Assembly: GCA_016234805.1 (NCBI GenBank)
Contig: JACRNU010000019.1
Coordinates: forward strand, 562-64,561
Direction: 5' to 3'
DNA from: Elusimicrobiota bacterium
GTDB lineage: Bacteria > Elusimicrobiota > Elusimicrobia > UBA1565 > UBA9628
DNA: 64,000 nt
In this document: positions 1 to 9,793 of the stretch, piece after piece
How positions within the stretch are numbered: the first letter of the stretch is position 1
How the letters are laid out: each line of letters begins with the position of its first letter
Translations under genes and position numbers: made by a program
The notes under the pieces: generated by a model
Told to the model about the DNA's origin: nothing
Database searches by the model: none
Seen by the model: only the letters and a program-made list of their open reading frames with translations

Positions 1-112
1 CGAGGCCGAATGCCTCGGCCACGGCCACAACGTCGAGTTCGCCAAGCGCCTCTGCGAGGCCGCCAAGGAGACGAGGAAGCCCAAGGCGAGAACGGCGAAG
101 GTGGAGGTCTGA
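1..112 (+). CDS. lpxC: UDP-3-O-acyl-GlcNAc deacetylase, 3' end (partial)
   Basis: Frame 2 reads EAECLGHGHNVEFAKRL...KVEV-stop, resembling the LpxC C-terminal GHxxN motif; directly upstream of fabZ-lpxA. Confidence 0.7.
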   Translation, partial: EAECLGHGHNVEFAKRLCEAAKETRKPKARTAKVEV

Positions 113-655
113 ATGACAACGGATGAAACGGCGCCTAGCCCCCACAATGCTCGCCTCCCCGTGGGGGAGGCTCACGACTCGGGGGCTCACGACACCCCTG
201 TCCGCGTGCTCGATATCACCGCCATCCGCAAGGCCATCCCCCACCGCTACCCGTTCCTCCTCGTGGACCGGGTCGAGATCCTGGAAGAGGACAAGAAGGC
301 CGTGGGCACCAAGTGCGTCACGGTCAACGAGCCGTTCTTCATCGGCCACTTCCCCGAGCACCCCATCATGCCGGGCGTGCTCATCATCGAGGCCCTGGCT
401 CAGACCGCGGCCGCCATGCTCCTCTCCAAAGACTCCCCCCAATTCAAGGATAAACTCGCCTACTTCATGACCATCGACGAGGCGAAGTTCCGCGCGCCGG
501 TCCTCCCCGGCATGGTCCTGAAGCTCCACGTCGAGATCCTCAGGCTCGGCCGGGTGGGCAAATTCCGCGGAGAGGCGTTCGTAGAGGGCAAGCTCGTGGC
601 GGAAGGGGAGATGACCTTCGCTATGGCCGACAAGCCGGGAAAGGATCCGCGATGA
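113..655 (+). CDS. fabZ: 3-hydroxyacyl-ACP dehydratase
   Basis: [13 protein letters not shown] and [20 protein letters not shown] motifs. Confidence 0.97.
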   Translation: MTTDETAPSPHNARLPVGEAHDSGAHDTPVRVLDITAIRKAIPHRYPFLLVDRVEILEEDKKAVGTKCVTVNEPFFIGHFPEHPIMPGVLIIEALAQTAAAMLLSKDSPQFKDKLAYFMTIDEAKFRAPVLPGMVLKLHVEILRLGRVGKFRGEAFVEGKLVAEGEMTFAMADKPGKDPR

Positions 656-1461
656 GCCCCAGCATCCATCCCACGGCCCTGATCGACCCCTCGGCGGTCA
701 TCCACCCCACCGCGGTCATCGGCCCCTACGCCGTCATCGGCCCCAAGACCGAGATCGGCCCGGACTGCCGGGTCGGCAGCCATGCCGTGGTCGAGTACGC
801 CCGCCTCGGGCGGGGCAACAAGATCCACCCAGGCGCCTTCGTAGGCACGCCCCCGCAGGACCTCAAGTACGCCGGGGAGGAGACCATCCTCATCCTGGGC
901 GACAATAACGCCGTGCGCGAGGGCGCGACCTTGAACCGCGGCACCAAGGCGAGCGGCGAGACCCGCATCGGCAGCGGCTGCCTGTTCATGACCGGCACCC
1001 ACGTCGCGCACGACTGCAGGCTCGGCGACGGCATCATCATGGCCAACCTCGCGACCCTCGCCGGCCACGTCGAGGTGGGGGACTTCGCCATCTTCGGCGG
1101 CTTCGTGGGCGTCCACCAGTTCACGCGCATCGGCCGGTACTGCATGCTGGGCGCGGGCTCCAAGGTCCCAAAGGACATGCCCCCGTTCTGCACCTGCCAG
1201 GGCGACCGCGCGACCTTGCGGGGATTGAACCTCCTGGGCATGCGGCGGGCCGGCCTGCACCGCGAAACCGTCTTCGCCATCAAGGAGGCCTACCGCCTCC
1301 TGTTCCTCTCCGGACTCCGGGTGGAGGAGGCGTGCGCCAAGCTCCGCGAAGGATCGCCCCCTCCCGAGGTCCTCGAGCTGGTCGTCGCGGTCGAGACCTC
1401 CAAGCGCGGCGTCACCAGGCCCGCGACAGACGCCCCGGTGGAGGAAGAGGTGACGCTCTGA
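652..1461 (+). CDS. lpxA: UDP-N-acetylglucosamine O-acyltransferase
   Basis: Hexapeptide repeats; PQDLKY, HVAHDC, GVHQF and GLNLLGMRR motifs. Confidence 0.97.
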   Translation: MSPSIHPTALIDPSAVIHPTAVIGPYAVIGPKTEIGPDCRVGSHAVVEYARLGRGNKIHPGAFVGTPPQDLKYAGEETILILGDNNAVREGATLNRGTKASGETRIGSGCLFMTGTHVAHDCRLGDGIIMANLATLAGHVEVGDFAIFGGFVGVHQFTRIGRYCMLGAGSKVPKDMPPFCTCQGDRATLRGLNLLGMRRAGLHRETVFAIKEAYRLLFLSGLRVEEACAKLREGSPPPEVLELVVAVETSKRGVTRPATDAPVEEEVTL

Positions 1462-2300
1462 ACCCGGACCGGAAGCTCGGCCTCATCGCGGGATCGGGGG
1501 ACTTCCCCCTCCTGTTCGCCAGGGAGGCCCGGCGGCAGAACGTCTCGGTCACGGCCCTGGCCCTCGAAGGCGTCACGGACCGCTCCATCGAGGCCCTCGT
1601 GGACCGCGTCCGGTTCTACAAGCTCGGCCAGATCGACGCCCCCATCAAGGCCTTCAAGGAGGACGGCATCACCCAGGCCGTCATGGCCGGCAAGGTCCAG
1701 CACTCCTCCCTGTTCAGCGGCTTCCTGCCGGACTGGCGCGCGGTCAAGCTCCTCGCGCGCCTCGGGGACCGCCGCACGGACACCATCCTCAAGGCCGTGG
1801 CCGATGAATTCGCCAAGGACGGCATCGAGCTCCTCTCGTCTGCGACCTTCCTCTCCCATCTCATCCCCGGGCCCGGCGTCCTCACCAAGCGGCCTCCCGA
1901 CGGGGCCCAGAAGGCGGACTTCGTCCTGGGCTGGCGGGCCGCCAAGGCCGTGGCGGGCTTTGACATCGGCCAGACCGTGGCCGTGCTCGACGGCGCCATC
2001 ATCGCGGTCGAGGCCATGGAGGGGACCGACGCGTGCGTCCGCCGCGCCAGGCGCCTCCTCGAGGCCCAGGGCACGAAGCAGCCGCTGGTCGTGGTCAAGG
2101 TGGCCAAGCCCAGGCAGGACCTGCGCTTCGACCTGCCGGTCCTGGGCATGGAGTCGCTCAAGGTCTTTGCCGAGGCCAACGTGGGCGCGGCGGCCATCGA
2201 GGCGGGCTCGACCCTGATCTTCGACAAGGACGCGTTCATCCGACAAGCGGACAAGGTTGGGCTGACGCTCGCGGCCCTGCGCAACGACGGCACCTTCTGA
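1458..2300 (+). CDS. lpxI: UDP-2,3-diacylglucosamine diphosphatase LpxI (DUF1009 type)
   Basis: LGLIAGSGDFP, DIGQTV, AVEAMEGTD and KPRQDLRFDLP motifs; start placed at the CTG overlapping the lpxA stop (inferred). Confidence 0.9.
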   Translation: MNPDRKLGLIAGSGDFPLLFAREARRQNVSVTALALEGVTDRSIEALVDRVRFYKLGQIDAPIKAFKEDGITQAVMAGKVQHSSLFSGFLPDWRAVKLLARLGDRRTDTILKAVADEFAKDGIELLSSATFLSHLIPGPGVLTKRPPDGAQKADFVLGWRAAKAVAGFDIGQTVAVLDGAIIAVEAMEGTDACVRRARRLLEAQGTKQPLVVVKVAKPRQDLRFDLPVLGMESLKVFAEANVGAAAIEAGSTLIFDKDAFIRQADKVGLTLAALRNDGTF

Positions 2301-2306
2301 GGGACC

Positions 2307-3356
2307 ATGCACGACCACGGCCACAACCATAAGATCAAGTTCGCGGTGATCGGCGCCGGCAAGATCGGCGGCCACCACGCCCGCATCCTCAAGAGCCTGC
2401 CGGACGCGGAGCTCGTCGGCGTCTGCGACACCAACCTCTGGCGGGCCCAGCTCGCGGCCTGGAAGGCCGACTCCGTGGCCGTGCGGGACTACCGCGACCT
2501 CCTCGGCAAGGTCGACGCCGTGGTCATCGCCGTGCCCACGCCCATGCACCGCGAGGTAGGGGCCGCCTTCCTCGGCGCGGGCACCCACTGCCTCATCGAG
2601 AAGCCCCTGGCCTCCTCGATCGAGGAGGCCAAGGAGCTCCTCTCCCTCTCCGAGTCCAAGCGCGTCGTCCTGCAGGTCGGGCACGTGGAGCGCTTCAATC
2701 CCGCGGTGCTCGAGGCCATCCCCTACATCCGCTCCCCGCGCTTCATCACCGTGGAGCGCCTGGGACCCTACGACCCGCGCATGAGCCATATCGGCGTGGT
2801 CCTCGACCTCATGATCCACGACCTCGACATCCTCCTGACCCTGGTGGGCTCCGAGGTGGCGAGCATCGAGGCCATGGGAGCGCACCTCATCTCCCCGCAC
2901 GAGGACATCGCCAACGTGCGCGTGCGCTTCCGCAGCGGCTGCATCGCGGACCTCACGGCCAGCCGCGTCACCTTCGAGAAATGCCGCAAACTACGCGTCT
3001 TCCAGAAGGACTCCTACATCTCGCTGGACTACGCCAACACCGCGCTCAAGATCTACCGGCGCAAGGTCCCGGTCATCAAGAGCCTCAAGGACGTGGAGGT
3101 CATCAGGCCCAAGCTCACCCAGTCCGAGCCCTTGAAGAACGAGCTCGTCCACTTCGTGGACTGCATCCGGCACAACCGCAAGCCATGGCCGAGCGGGGAG
3201 CACGGCATGGAGGCCTTGAAGCTCGCTCTCCAGATCTCGGACGAGCTCGAGCGCTTCGAGGTCAGCGGCCACGACGCCGCCCGGCCGCTGATCCCCAGCT
3301 GGATGAGCGACATGAAAGCCGTGGCCAAGGACATGGGCAAGGACCTGCTTCCGTAA
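2307..3356 (+). CDS. Gfo/Idh/MocA oxidoreductase (GnnA-like)
   Basis: GAGKIG Rossmann motif, IEKP, GHVERFNP, DLMIHDLD; lies inside the lipid A operon. Confidence 0.9.
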   Translation: MHDHGHNHKIKFAVIGAGKIGGHHARILKSLPDAELVGVCDTNLWRAQLAAWKADSVAVRDYRDLLGKVDAVVIAVPTPMHREVGAAFLGAGTHCLIEKPLASSIEEAKELLSLSESKRVVLQVGHVERFNPAVLEAIPYIRSPRFITVERLGPYDPRMSHIGVVLDLMIHDLDILLTLVGSEVASIEAMGAHLISPHEDIANVRVRFRSGCIADLTASRVTFEKCRKLRVFQKDSYISLDYANTALKIYRRKVPVIKSLKDVEVIRPKLTQSEPLKNELVHFVDCIRHNRKPWPSGEHGMEALKLALQISDELERFEVSGHDAARPLIPSWMSDMKAVAKDMGKDLLP

Positions 3357-4498
3357 TGGCGCCCTGGCGGGCCAGACTTGACGGCTGGTTCCTCGTCGTC
3401 GCCGGCGACCCCTCCGGAGACGCGCACGGCAGCCGCCTCATCCACGCGCTCAAGGCCGACGAGCCCGCCCTGCGGATCGCCGCGGTGGGCGGTCCCGCCA
3501 TGCGCCGAGAGGCCGACGAGTTCCTAGAGGACCTCTCTTCCCGCGGCATGACCGGCTTCTGGGAGCCCCTGCGCGCCCTGGGCTTCTTCGGCAAGCTCGC
3601 CCTGCGCCTGCGGCGCCACATGATCGAGCGCAAGCCCGCGGCCGTCATCTGCATCGACTACTACGGGTTCAACAGCCAGGTCCTCAAGATCGCCCGCTCG
3701 CTCGGCATCCCGGCCTTCTACTACATCAGCCCCCAGGTCTGGGCCTCCAGGCCGGGCCGCATAGCTGCCTTGAAGAAGCTCGTGCGCAAGATGCTCGTCA
3801 TCTTCCCCTTCGAAGAACGGCTCTATCTCAAGGCCGGGGTGCCCTGCCTCTTCGTGGGCCACCCTCTCCTCGACGCCCTGCCCCTGCCGCCCGCGCGCAA
3901 CGGGCTCGGGACCCCCCTGCGCTTGGGCCTGCTCCCGGGCAGCCGCGCCTCGGAGGTCGAGCGCCACCTTCCCCTGTTCCTCGCGGCCGCGGACCTCCTC
4001 CGGCGGCACTTCCCCGCCATGGAGGTCCGGGTCTTCGCGGCCGAGTCCCTGCCGGACGAGCGCTACGCCGCGGCGGCCTCCGCGGGGGTCCCCGTGGTCC
4101 GGGAATCCGACTACGCGGAGCGGCGCAGGCTCGACTTCGCCATAAGCTCCTCGGGCACCGCGACCCTGGAGAACGCCCTGCTCGGGGTCCCCATGGTCGT
4201 GGTCTACAGGCTCTCGTGGCTCACCTACCTCATCGCCCGGGCCCTCATCAAGGTGCGCCACATCGCCATGGTCAACATCCTGGCCGACAGGGGCATGGTC
4301 CCGGAGCTCATCCAGCACGACGCCACCCCTGAGCGCGTCGCGGCCAAGGCCCTGTCCCTGCTCGAGAACCCCAAGCGCTACGAGGCCCTGCGCAGGGACC
4401 TGGCCGCCCTGCGGCCCATGCTGGGCACGCCCGGCACGGCCCGGCGCGCCGCCCGGGAGATCGTCAACGAGCTCGTGCGGCCGAGGCACGCCTCATGA
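3356..4498 (+). CDS. lpxB: Lipid-A-disaccharide synthase
   Basis: AGDPSGD, YYISPQVWASR, FVGHPL, LLPGSR and SGTATLE motifs; ATG at 3356 overlaps the upstream TAA. Confidence 0.95.
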   Translation: MAPWRARLDGWFLVVAGDPSGDAHGSRLIHALKADEPALRIAAVGGPAMRREADEFLEDLSSRGMTGFWEPLRALGFFGKLALRLRRHMIERKPAAVICIDYYGFNSQVLKIARSLGIPAFYYISPQVWASRPGRIAALKKLVRKMLVIFPFEERLYLKAGVPCLFVGHPLLDALPLPPARNGLGTPLRLGLLPGSRASEVERHLPLFLAAADLLRRHFPAMEVRVFAAESLPDERYAAAASAGVPVVRESDYAERRRLDFAISSSGTATLENALLGVPMVVVYRLSWLTYLIARALIKVRHIAMVNILADRGMVPELIQHDATPERVAAKALSLLENPKRYEALRRDLAALRPMLGTPGTARRAAREIVNELVRPRHAS

Positions 4499-5280
4499 TC
4501 CTGGCCCTGCTCGCGCCCGGCGTTTCTGGCGCGGGCGTGCCGCCTCCGCCTGGCACGGGCAGCGGCCTGCTCGCGCTCTTGGCCTTCGGCATGACCTTCG
4601 CGGGAGGCCTCCTTCCGGAGAGGGTCGTGACCCGCATCGGCATGCGCCGCCTCTTCGCGGTGCGGGCCGGCATCCTCCTGGCCGTGGCCTTCACGGAGCT
4701 CCTGCCCGAGGGGCTCGCGCTCGACCGCGCTTTGGCCGGCTGGACGGCCCTGGGGGCCTTCGGCCTGCTCTACGGCCTGGGCTCCATCGCCATGCTCGAC
4801 TCCTGCCCCGAGTACCTCCAGGAGTGCCGGGTCCACTATCTCGGCGCGGCCGCGGTGCTGGCCTTGTCCCTGCACTCCTTCCTCGACGGCTTCAACCTCT
4901 CCGTGTCCTTCGGCGCGGGCCAGGCCGCGGGCCTGGCGGTCGGAGGCGCGGTGATCCTCCACAAGGCCGCGGACGGCTTCACCCTCACGAGCCTCCTGCG
5001 CCAGTCCGGCCTCTCCGCCGGACGGACCTGGGCGATCCTGGCGTCCGTGGCCGCGGCCACGCCGCTCGGCTGCGGCCTGAGCAGCCTGGGCATGGCCGAC
5101 CTGCCCCGGCCCGTCACCGCGGCCCTCATGGGGTTGGCGGCCGGCAGCTTCATCCACATCGGCGCGACCGACGTCCTCCCCCTCGTGCACCGGCGCGAGG
5201 ACCGCGCCTCCATCGCCTGCTTCGCGCTCGCCATGGCCGGCGTCTGCCTGATGAAGTTCCTCTCCCACGGCCATGGATAA
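4495..5280 (+). CDS. ZIP family metal transporter
   Basis: Multiple TM helices; LHSFLDG, ILHKAADG and AAGSFIHIGATDVLP motifs. Confidence 0.88.
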   Translation: MILALLAPGVSGAGVPPPPGTGSGLLALLAFGMTFAGGLLPERVVTRIGMRRLFAVRAGILLAVAFTELLPEGLALDRALAGWTALGAFGLLYGLGSIAMLDSCPEYLQECRVHYLGAAAVLALSLHSFLDGFNLSVSFGAGQAAGLAVGGAVILHKAADGFTLTSLLRQSGLSAGRTWAILASVAAATPLGCGLSSLGMADLPRPVTAALMGLAAGSFIHIGATDVLPLVHRREDRASIACFALAMAGVCLMKFLSHGHG

Positions 5281-6715
5281 GAGGACCCTCCTCCAGCAGT
5301 TCGCGGCCTACGCCCCCCATCTGGAGACCCAGCTGCTGGAGAAAGCCTACGACTACTCCATGAAAGCCCACACCGAGCAGGCGCGCGCCTCCGGGGAGGA
5401 CTACTTCTCCCACTGCCTCGCCGTGGCCGGCTACCTGCTGGAGTGGAAGATGGACCTGCCCACGGTCTGCGCGGGACTCCTCCACGACGTCATCGAGGAC
5501 ACCTCGATCACCGCCGAGAAGCTCCGCCTGACCTTCGGAGAGGAGATCATGCGCCTGGTGGTCGCGCTCACCAAGCTCGACAAGGTGCAGTTCTCCTCGC
5601 GCGACGTGGCCCAGGCCGAGAACTGGCGCCGGATGATCCTCGCCACGGCCCAGGACATCCGCGTCATCATCGTCAAGCTCGCCGACCGACTGCACAACAT
5701 GCAGACCATCGGGTTCCTGCCCGGCGAGAAACAAGAGCGCATCGCGCGCGAGACCGTCTCCCTCTACGCGCCCCTGGCCCATCGCCTGGGCATGTTCGAG
5801 CTCAAGGGCGAGCTCGAGGACCTCTCCTTCGCCGTCCTCCATCCCGAGGAGTACCTCGACATCGAAGAGAAGGTGCGGGCCCTCTTGCCCGCCCGCGAGG
5901 CCATGCTGGCCGAGTTCCGCAAGATGCTCGAGCACGCCCTCTCCAAGTCGGACACCCCCCACCGCATCCTGGCGCGGTCCAAGAACCTATACTCGATCTA
6001 CGGGAAGATGCAGCGCCAGAAGAAGCCCTTCGAGGAGATCCAGGACGCGCTCGGCGTGCGCCTCGTCACGGACTCCATCGCCAACTGCTACGCTTTGCTC
6101 GGCATGCTCCACGCGCACTTCCAGCCCGTGCCCGACACCTTCACGGACTACATCGCGCACCCCAAGCTCAACCTCTACAAGAGCCTCCACACCACGGTCA
6201 GCGGGCCCAAGGGCGAGTACATCGAGGTCCAGATCCGGACCGAGGACATGCACCGGACCGCGGAGTACGGCATCGCCGCGCACTGGCGCTACAAGACCGG
6301 CGAGGCCTCCAAGGACGCCCACCTCGAGGAGAAGCTCGACTGGCTGCGCCAGTGGATCGAGTGGCTGCAGGACCTCGACAGCCCCAGGGAGTTCCTCGAC
6401 AGCCTGAAGACCGACCTCGACCTCTACCAGGTCTTCGTCTTCACCCCCCTGGGCGACGTCAAGGCCCTGGTCCAGGGCGCGACGCCCATCGACTTCGCCT
6501 TCGCCGTGCACACGGACATCGGCCACACCTGCGTGGGAGCCCGGGTCAACAACAAGATGGCCAAGCTCGACACCGAGCTCAAGAGCGGCGACATCGTGGA
6601 GATCCTCACGCGCAAGAACTCAACGCCCAAGAAGGACTGGCTCAAGGTCGTCAAGTCCGCGCGCGCCCGGTCCAAGATCAGGCGCTATCTCCGGGAGAAG
6701 GGGATCGTCGCGTGA
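5273..6715 (+). CDS. rel: RelA/SpoT family (p)ppGpp synthetase/hydrolase, short form (HD-SYNTH-TGS)
   Basis: LLHDVIEDT, KLADRLHNM, YKSLHTT, EVQIRT, GIAAHWRYK and TGS (ATPIDFAFAVHT); only 480 aa. Confidence 0.93.
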   Translation: MDKRTLLQQFAAYAPHLETQLLEKAYDYSMKAHTEQARASGEDYFSHCLAVAGYLLEWKMDLPTVCAGLLHDVIEDTSITAEKLRLTFGEEIMRLVVALTKLDKVQFSSRDVAQAENWRRMILATAQDIRVIIVKLADRLHNMQTIGFLPGEKQERIARETVSLYAPLAHRLGMFELKGELEDLSFAVLHPEEYLDIEEKVRALLPAREAMLAEFRKMLEHALSKSDTPHRILARSKNLYSIYGKMQRQKKPFEEIQDALGVRLVTDSIANCYALLGMLHAHFQPVPDTFTDYIAHPKLNLYKSLHTTVSGPKGEYIEVQIRTEDMHRTAEYGIAAHWRYKTGEASKDAHLEEKLDWLRQWIEWLQDLDSPREFLDSLKTDLDLYQVFVFTPLGDVKALVQGATPIDFAFAVHTDIGHTCVGARVNNKMAKLDTELKSGDIVEILTRKNSTPKKDWLKVVKSARARSKIRRYLREKGIVA

Positions 6716-8127
6716 GAATGCTGTGCCTGTCCCTGGCCTCCCTGGCATTCCTGCTGGTTGGCTGCTCTAATACGATGACCGGCTACCCGGCGCACAAGGA
6801 CATCTACGCCAACCTTGCCGTCCCCTCGGCGCCCCCCGCGTTCCCGGACCTCAACCTGGCCCTCGTGCTCTCGGAGAACGCCAAGAACAGCATGAAGACT
6901 CTCCATCGCGACGCCTTTTCGGGATTCGACGCCGGCGCCATGGTCGAGAAGATGTACACACCCCTCCGCCGGAACTTCAAGACCGTCGCCGTGGTGGAAC
7001 GCCCTGAAGACGCCCGCAAAGCCAACGCGGACCTCGTCGTCATCCTCGACGATTACTGGCCCAAGTACGCCTTCGTCTGCCGAGAGGAGCGTACCCTCGT
7101 CTTTATGACACTGGACAACCAGAAGATCGCCGAGTTCAAGGCGGCCTTCGAGAAGACGTGGCTCGGCACGAACGTCCAGGCTTTCATGGACCTGTTCTCC
7201 GACACCCTCAACGAGCAAGTCGAGACCGCGCTGCGCAAATCCCAGGCCTTGGCCGACTTCGCCAAGACCCGGCCCGCCGAAGCCCGGCCCCTGGCGTCCG
7301 CTCCCGAAAGTCCCGCTGCCCCCGCGTCCAAGGTCTACCACTCCGATGTCGACCAGCCGGCCTACTCGTCCCCCGAGAAGGTGGACGACTTCGCCCTTGT
7401 CATCGGCATCGACAAATACTCGACCCTGCCCGCGGCGGACTTCGCCGAGCGCGACGCCTCCGCGGTCCGGGAACACCTTCTGGCCATGGGCTATCCGGAA
7501 AGGAACGTGGTCCTGCTCAGGGGCTCCCAGGCAGGCAAGGCCGGCATCGAGAAATACGTCGAGTCCTGGCTGCCGCGGAACCTCAAGCGGACCTCGCGCC
7601 TCTTCGTGTATTTCTCCGGGCACGGCGCGCCTGACCCGAGAACCGGCCAGGCCTATCTCGTCCCTTGGGACGGAGACCCGCAGTTCCTGGAGAACACCGG
7701 GTATCCCACCAGGCGCCTCTACGCCAAACTCGATTCCCTGGAGGCGAAAAAGGTGTTCGTCGTCCTCGACGCCTGCTTCTCGGGCGCGGGAGGCCGCTCG
7801 GTCCTGGTCAAGGGCGCCCGTCCGCTGGTCGCCCAGGTCGACACGGGCGCCGACGCTTCCGGCAAGCTCATCATCCTGGCTGCCTCGGCGGGCGACGAGA
7901 TCACGGGAACGGACCCGGACCAGGGCCACGGCCTGTTCACCTATTACCTCCTCAAGGGATTGGCCGGCGAAGCCAAGGACCCTCTCGGCCGCGTGACCGT
8001 CAAATCGCTCCACGACTACCTCACCCCGAAGGTCCAGAACGCCGCGCGCAGGCAGAACCGCGATCAGACGCCTGCCCTCATCGGGCCGGCGCCGGCTGAA
8101 GCCGTTCTCAGGGAGAGCTCCCGATGA
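6712..8127 (+). CDS. Caspase-family (peptidase C14) lipoprotein
   Basis: GTG overlapping the rel stop; lipobox LVGC; catalytic YFSGHG and LDACFSG; GHGLFTYYLLKGL. Confidence 0.85.
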   Translation: MRMLCLSLASLAFLLVGCSNTMTGYPAHKDIYANLAVPSAPPAFPDLNLALVLSENAKNSMKTLHRDAFSGFDAGAMVEKMYTPLRRNFKTVAVVERPEDARKANADLVVILDDYWPKYAFVCREERTLVFMTLDNQKIAEFKAAFEKTWLGTNVQAFMDLFSDTLNEQVETALRKSQALADFAKTRPAEARPLASAPESPAAPASKVYHSDVDQPAYSSPEKVDDFALVIGIDKYSTLPAADFAERDASAVREHLLAMGYPERNVVLLRGSQAGKAGIEKYVESWLPRNLKRTSRLFVYFSGHGAPDPRTGQAYLVPWDGDPQFLENTGYPTRRLYAKLDSLEAKKVFVVLDACFSGAGGRSVLVKGARPLVAQVDTGADASGKLIILAASAGDEITGTDPDQGHGLFTYYLLKGLAGEAKDPLGRVTVKSLHDYLTPKVQNAARRQNRDQTPALIGPAPAEAVLRESSR

Positions 8128-9305
8128 TCGACCAATCCATCCTCTGCCCCCACTGCGGGAAGACCATTCCGCTGACAGAGGCCCTCACTCACCCCATCGA
8201 GGAGAAGCTGCGCGGCCAGTTCTCCCGCGACCTCGCGGCGCAGAAAGCCGCGATCGAAGCCGAGGCCAGAAAGAGCGCCCGTGAGGCTCTCGGCTCGGAC
8301 TTGGCGGACCTCAAGAGCCAGGTGGCGGAGAAGGGCCGGCTCCTCGAAGAGGCCCGGGCCCAGGAGTTCAGCCTGCGCAAGCGCGGACGCGAGCTCGAGG
8401 AAAAGGAGAAGTCCCTGGCTCTGGAGCTCGAGCGCAAGCTCGACGCGGAGCGCGCGGCCATCAAGGAAGAGGTCCTGGGCAAGGCAGCGGAGGAGCACCG
8501 CCTCAAGGAGCGGGAGAAGGACAAGCAGCTCGACGACATGCGCAAGCAGATCGAGGAGTTGAAAAGGAAGGCGGAGCAGGGCTCCCAGCAGGCCCAGGGC
8601 GAGGTCCAGGAGCTCGAGCTCGAGGACGTCTTGAAGCAGAATTTCCGCTCGGATGAGATCGCTCCCGTGGCCAAGGGCGTTCGAGGCGCGGACGTGCTCC
8701 AGACCGTGTTCTCATCCTCGGGCAAGCCGTGCGGGAGCATCCTCTGGGAGTCCAAGCGCACCAAGGCCTGGAGCGACGGCTGGATCCAGAAGCTCAAGGA
8801 CGACCAGCGCGAGGCCAAGGCCGACCTCGGCATCCTCGTGTCCGCGAACCTGCCCAAGGGAGTCAGCCATGTGGGCTGCGTCGAAGGCGTCTGGGTCGCG
8901 GATTTCTCCTCGGCCATGGGATTAGGGACCGCGTTGCGCGCAGGGATACTGCAGGCCGCCATCGCCCGCAACGCCCTGGTGGGCAAGGGCGAGAAGATGG
9001 AGCTCATCTACAACTATCTCTCCGGACCCGAGTTCCGCAACCGCGTGCAGGCCATCGTGGACGCCTTCGCGGGCATGAAGGTCGAGCTCGACGCCGAGAA
9101 GCGAACCATGGAGCGGGTCTGGGCCAAGCGCGACAAGCAGCTCGAGCGCGTCCTGCTCAACACCGCGGGCATGTACGGCGACCTCCAGGGCCTCATCGGC
9201 GCCCAGCTCGCGCCCATTCCCCAGCTCGAGCTCTCCGCTGAGCATGACGAGAAATCGGAATCGGCTGAGGGCAAACCTGCCCTGTCGGACACAACGCAAG
9301 AATGA
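8124..9305 (+). CDS. DUF2130-type coiled-coil protein
   Basis: N-terminal CPHCG, long coiled coil, GSQQAQGEVQE and ILWESKRTKAWSDGWIQKLKDDQR. Confidence 0.85.
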   Translation: MIDQSILCPHCGKTIPLTEALTHPIEEKLRGQFSRDLAAQKAAIEAEARKSAREALGSDLADLKSQVAEKGRLLEEARAQEFSLRKRGRELEEKEKSLALELERKLDAERAAIKEEVLGKAAEEHRLKEREKDKQLDDMRKQIEELKRKAEQGSQQAQGEVQELELEDVLKQNFRSDEIAPVAKGVRGADVLQTVFSSSGKPCGSILWESKRTKAWSDGWIQKLKDDQREAKADLGILVSANLPKGVSHVGCVEGVWVADFSSAMGLGTALRAGILQAAIARNALVGKGEKMELIYNYLSGPEFRNRVQAIVDAFAGMKVELDAEKRTMERVWAKRDKQLERVLLNTAGMYGDLQGLIGAQLAPIPQLELSAEHDEKSESAEGKPALSDTTQE

Positions 9306-9321
9306 TTCCCCGGGGAAAGTT

Positions 9322-9355
9322 ATCCACAAACATACGGTACCGTATGTTTGTGGAT
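9322..9355. repeat. Perfect 34-bp palindrome containing inverted DnaA-box-like 9-mers
   Basis: ATCCACAAACATACGGTACCGTATGTTTGTGGAT equals its own reverse complement; TTATCCACA at 9320-9328. Confidence 0.95.
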
Positions 9356-9793
9356 GACCATCTGAAATTCATGAAGGAAGCCATCCGGGAGGCGAAGAAG
9401 GGGCTCCGCGAGGGCGGCATCCCCATCGGCTCGGTCCTGGTCAAGGACGGCAAGATCATCGGCCGGGGCCGCAACCGGCGCGTGCAGAAGAAGTCCGCCA
9501 TCCTCCACGCCGAGATGGACTGCCTTGAGAACGCGGGCCGGCTCAAAGCCGCGGACTACGAACGCTGCGTCATCTATTCGACCCTCTCGCCCTGCGACAT
9601 GTGCACGGGCGCCATCCTGCTCTACAAGATCCCGGTGGTGGTCATGGGCGAGAACCGCACCTTCAAGGGCCCGGAGGGCTATTCCCGCAAGAAGGTCAAG
9701 CTCGTCAACCTCGACCTCAAGGAATGCCGGGACATGATGGCGGATTTCATCAAGGCTAAACCGCGGCTCTGGAACGAGGACATCGGCGCATAA
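9344..9793 (+). CDS. Zn-dependent nucleoside/cytosine deaminase
   Basis: HAEMDCLENAGR and TLSPCDMC motifs; start uncertain (9302, 9344 or 9371). Confidence 0.88.
   Translation: MFVDDHLKFMKEAIREAKKGLREGGIPIGSVLVKDGKIIGRGRNRRVQKKSAILHAEMDCLENAGRLKAADYERCVIYSTLSPCDMCTGAILLYKIPVVVMGENRTFKGPEGYSRKKVKLVNLDLKECRDMMADFIKAKPRLWNEDIGA

Noticed and set aside
5443..6711. 894-aa ORF 5443..8127 as one giant protein
   Set aside because: The first ~420 codons are an off-frame shadow of rel; the real gene starts at GTG 6712 with a lipoprotein signal
9320..9357. Replication origin at the DnaA-box-like pair
   Set aside because: Only two boxes, a very short intergenic space, no AT-rich unwinding element, and no dnaA/dnaN nearby
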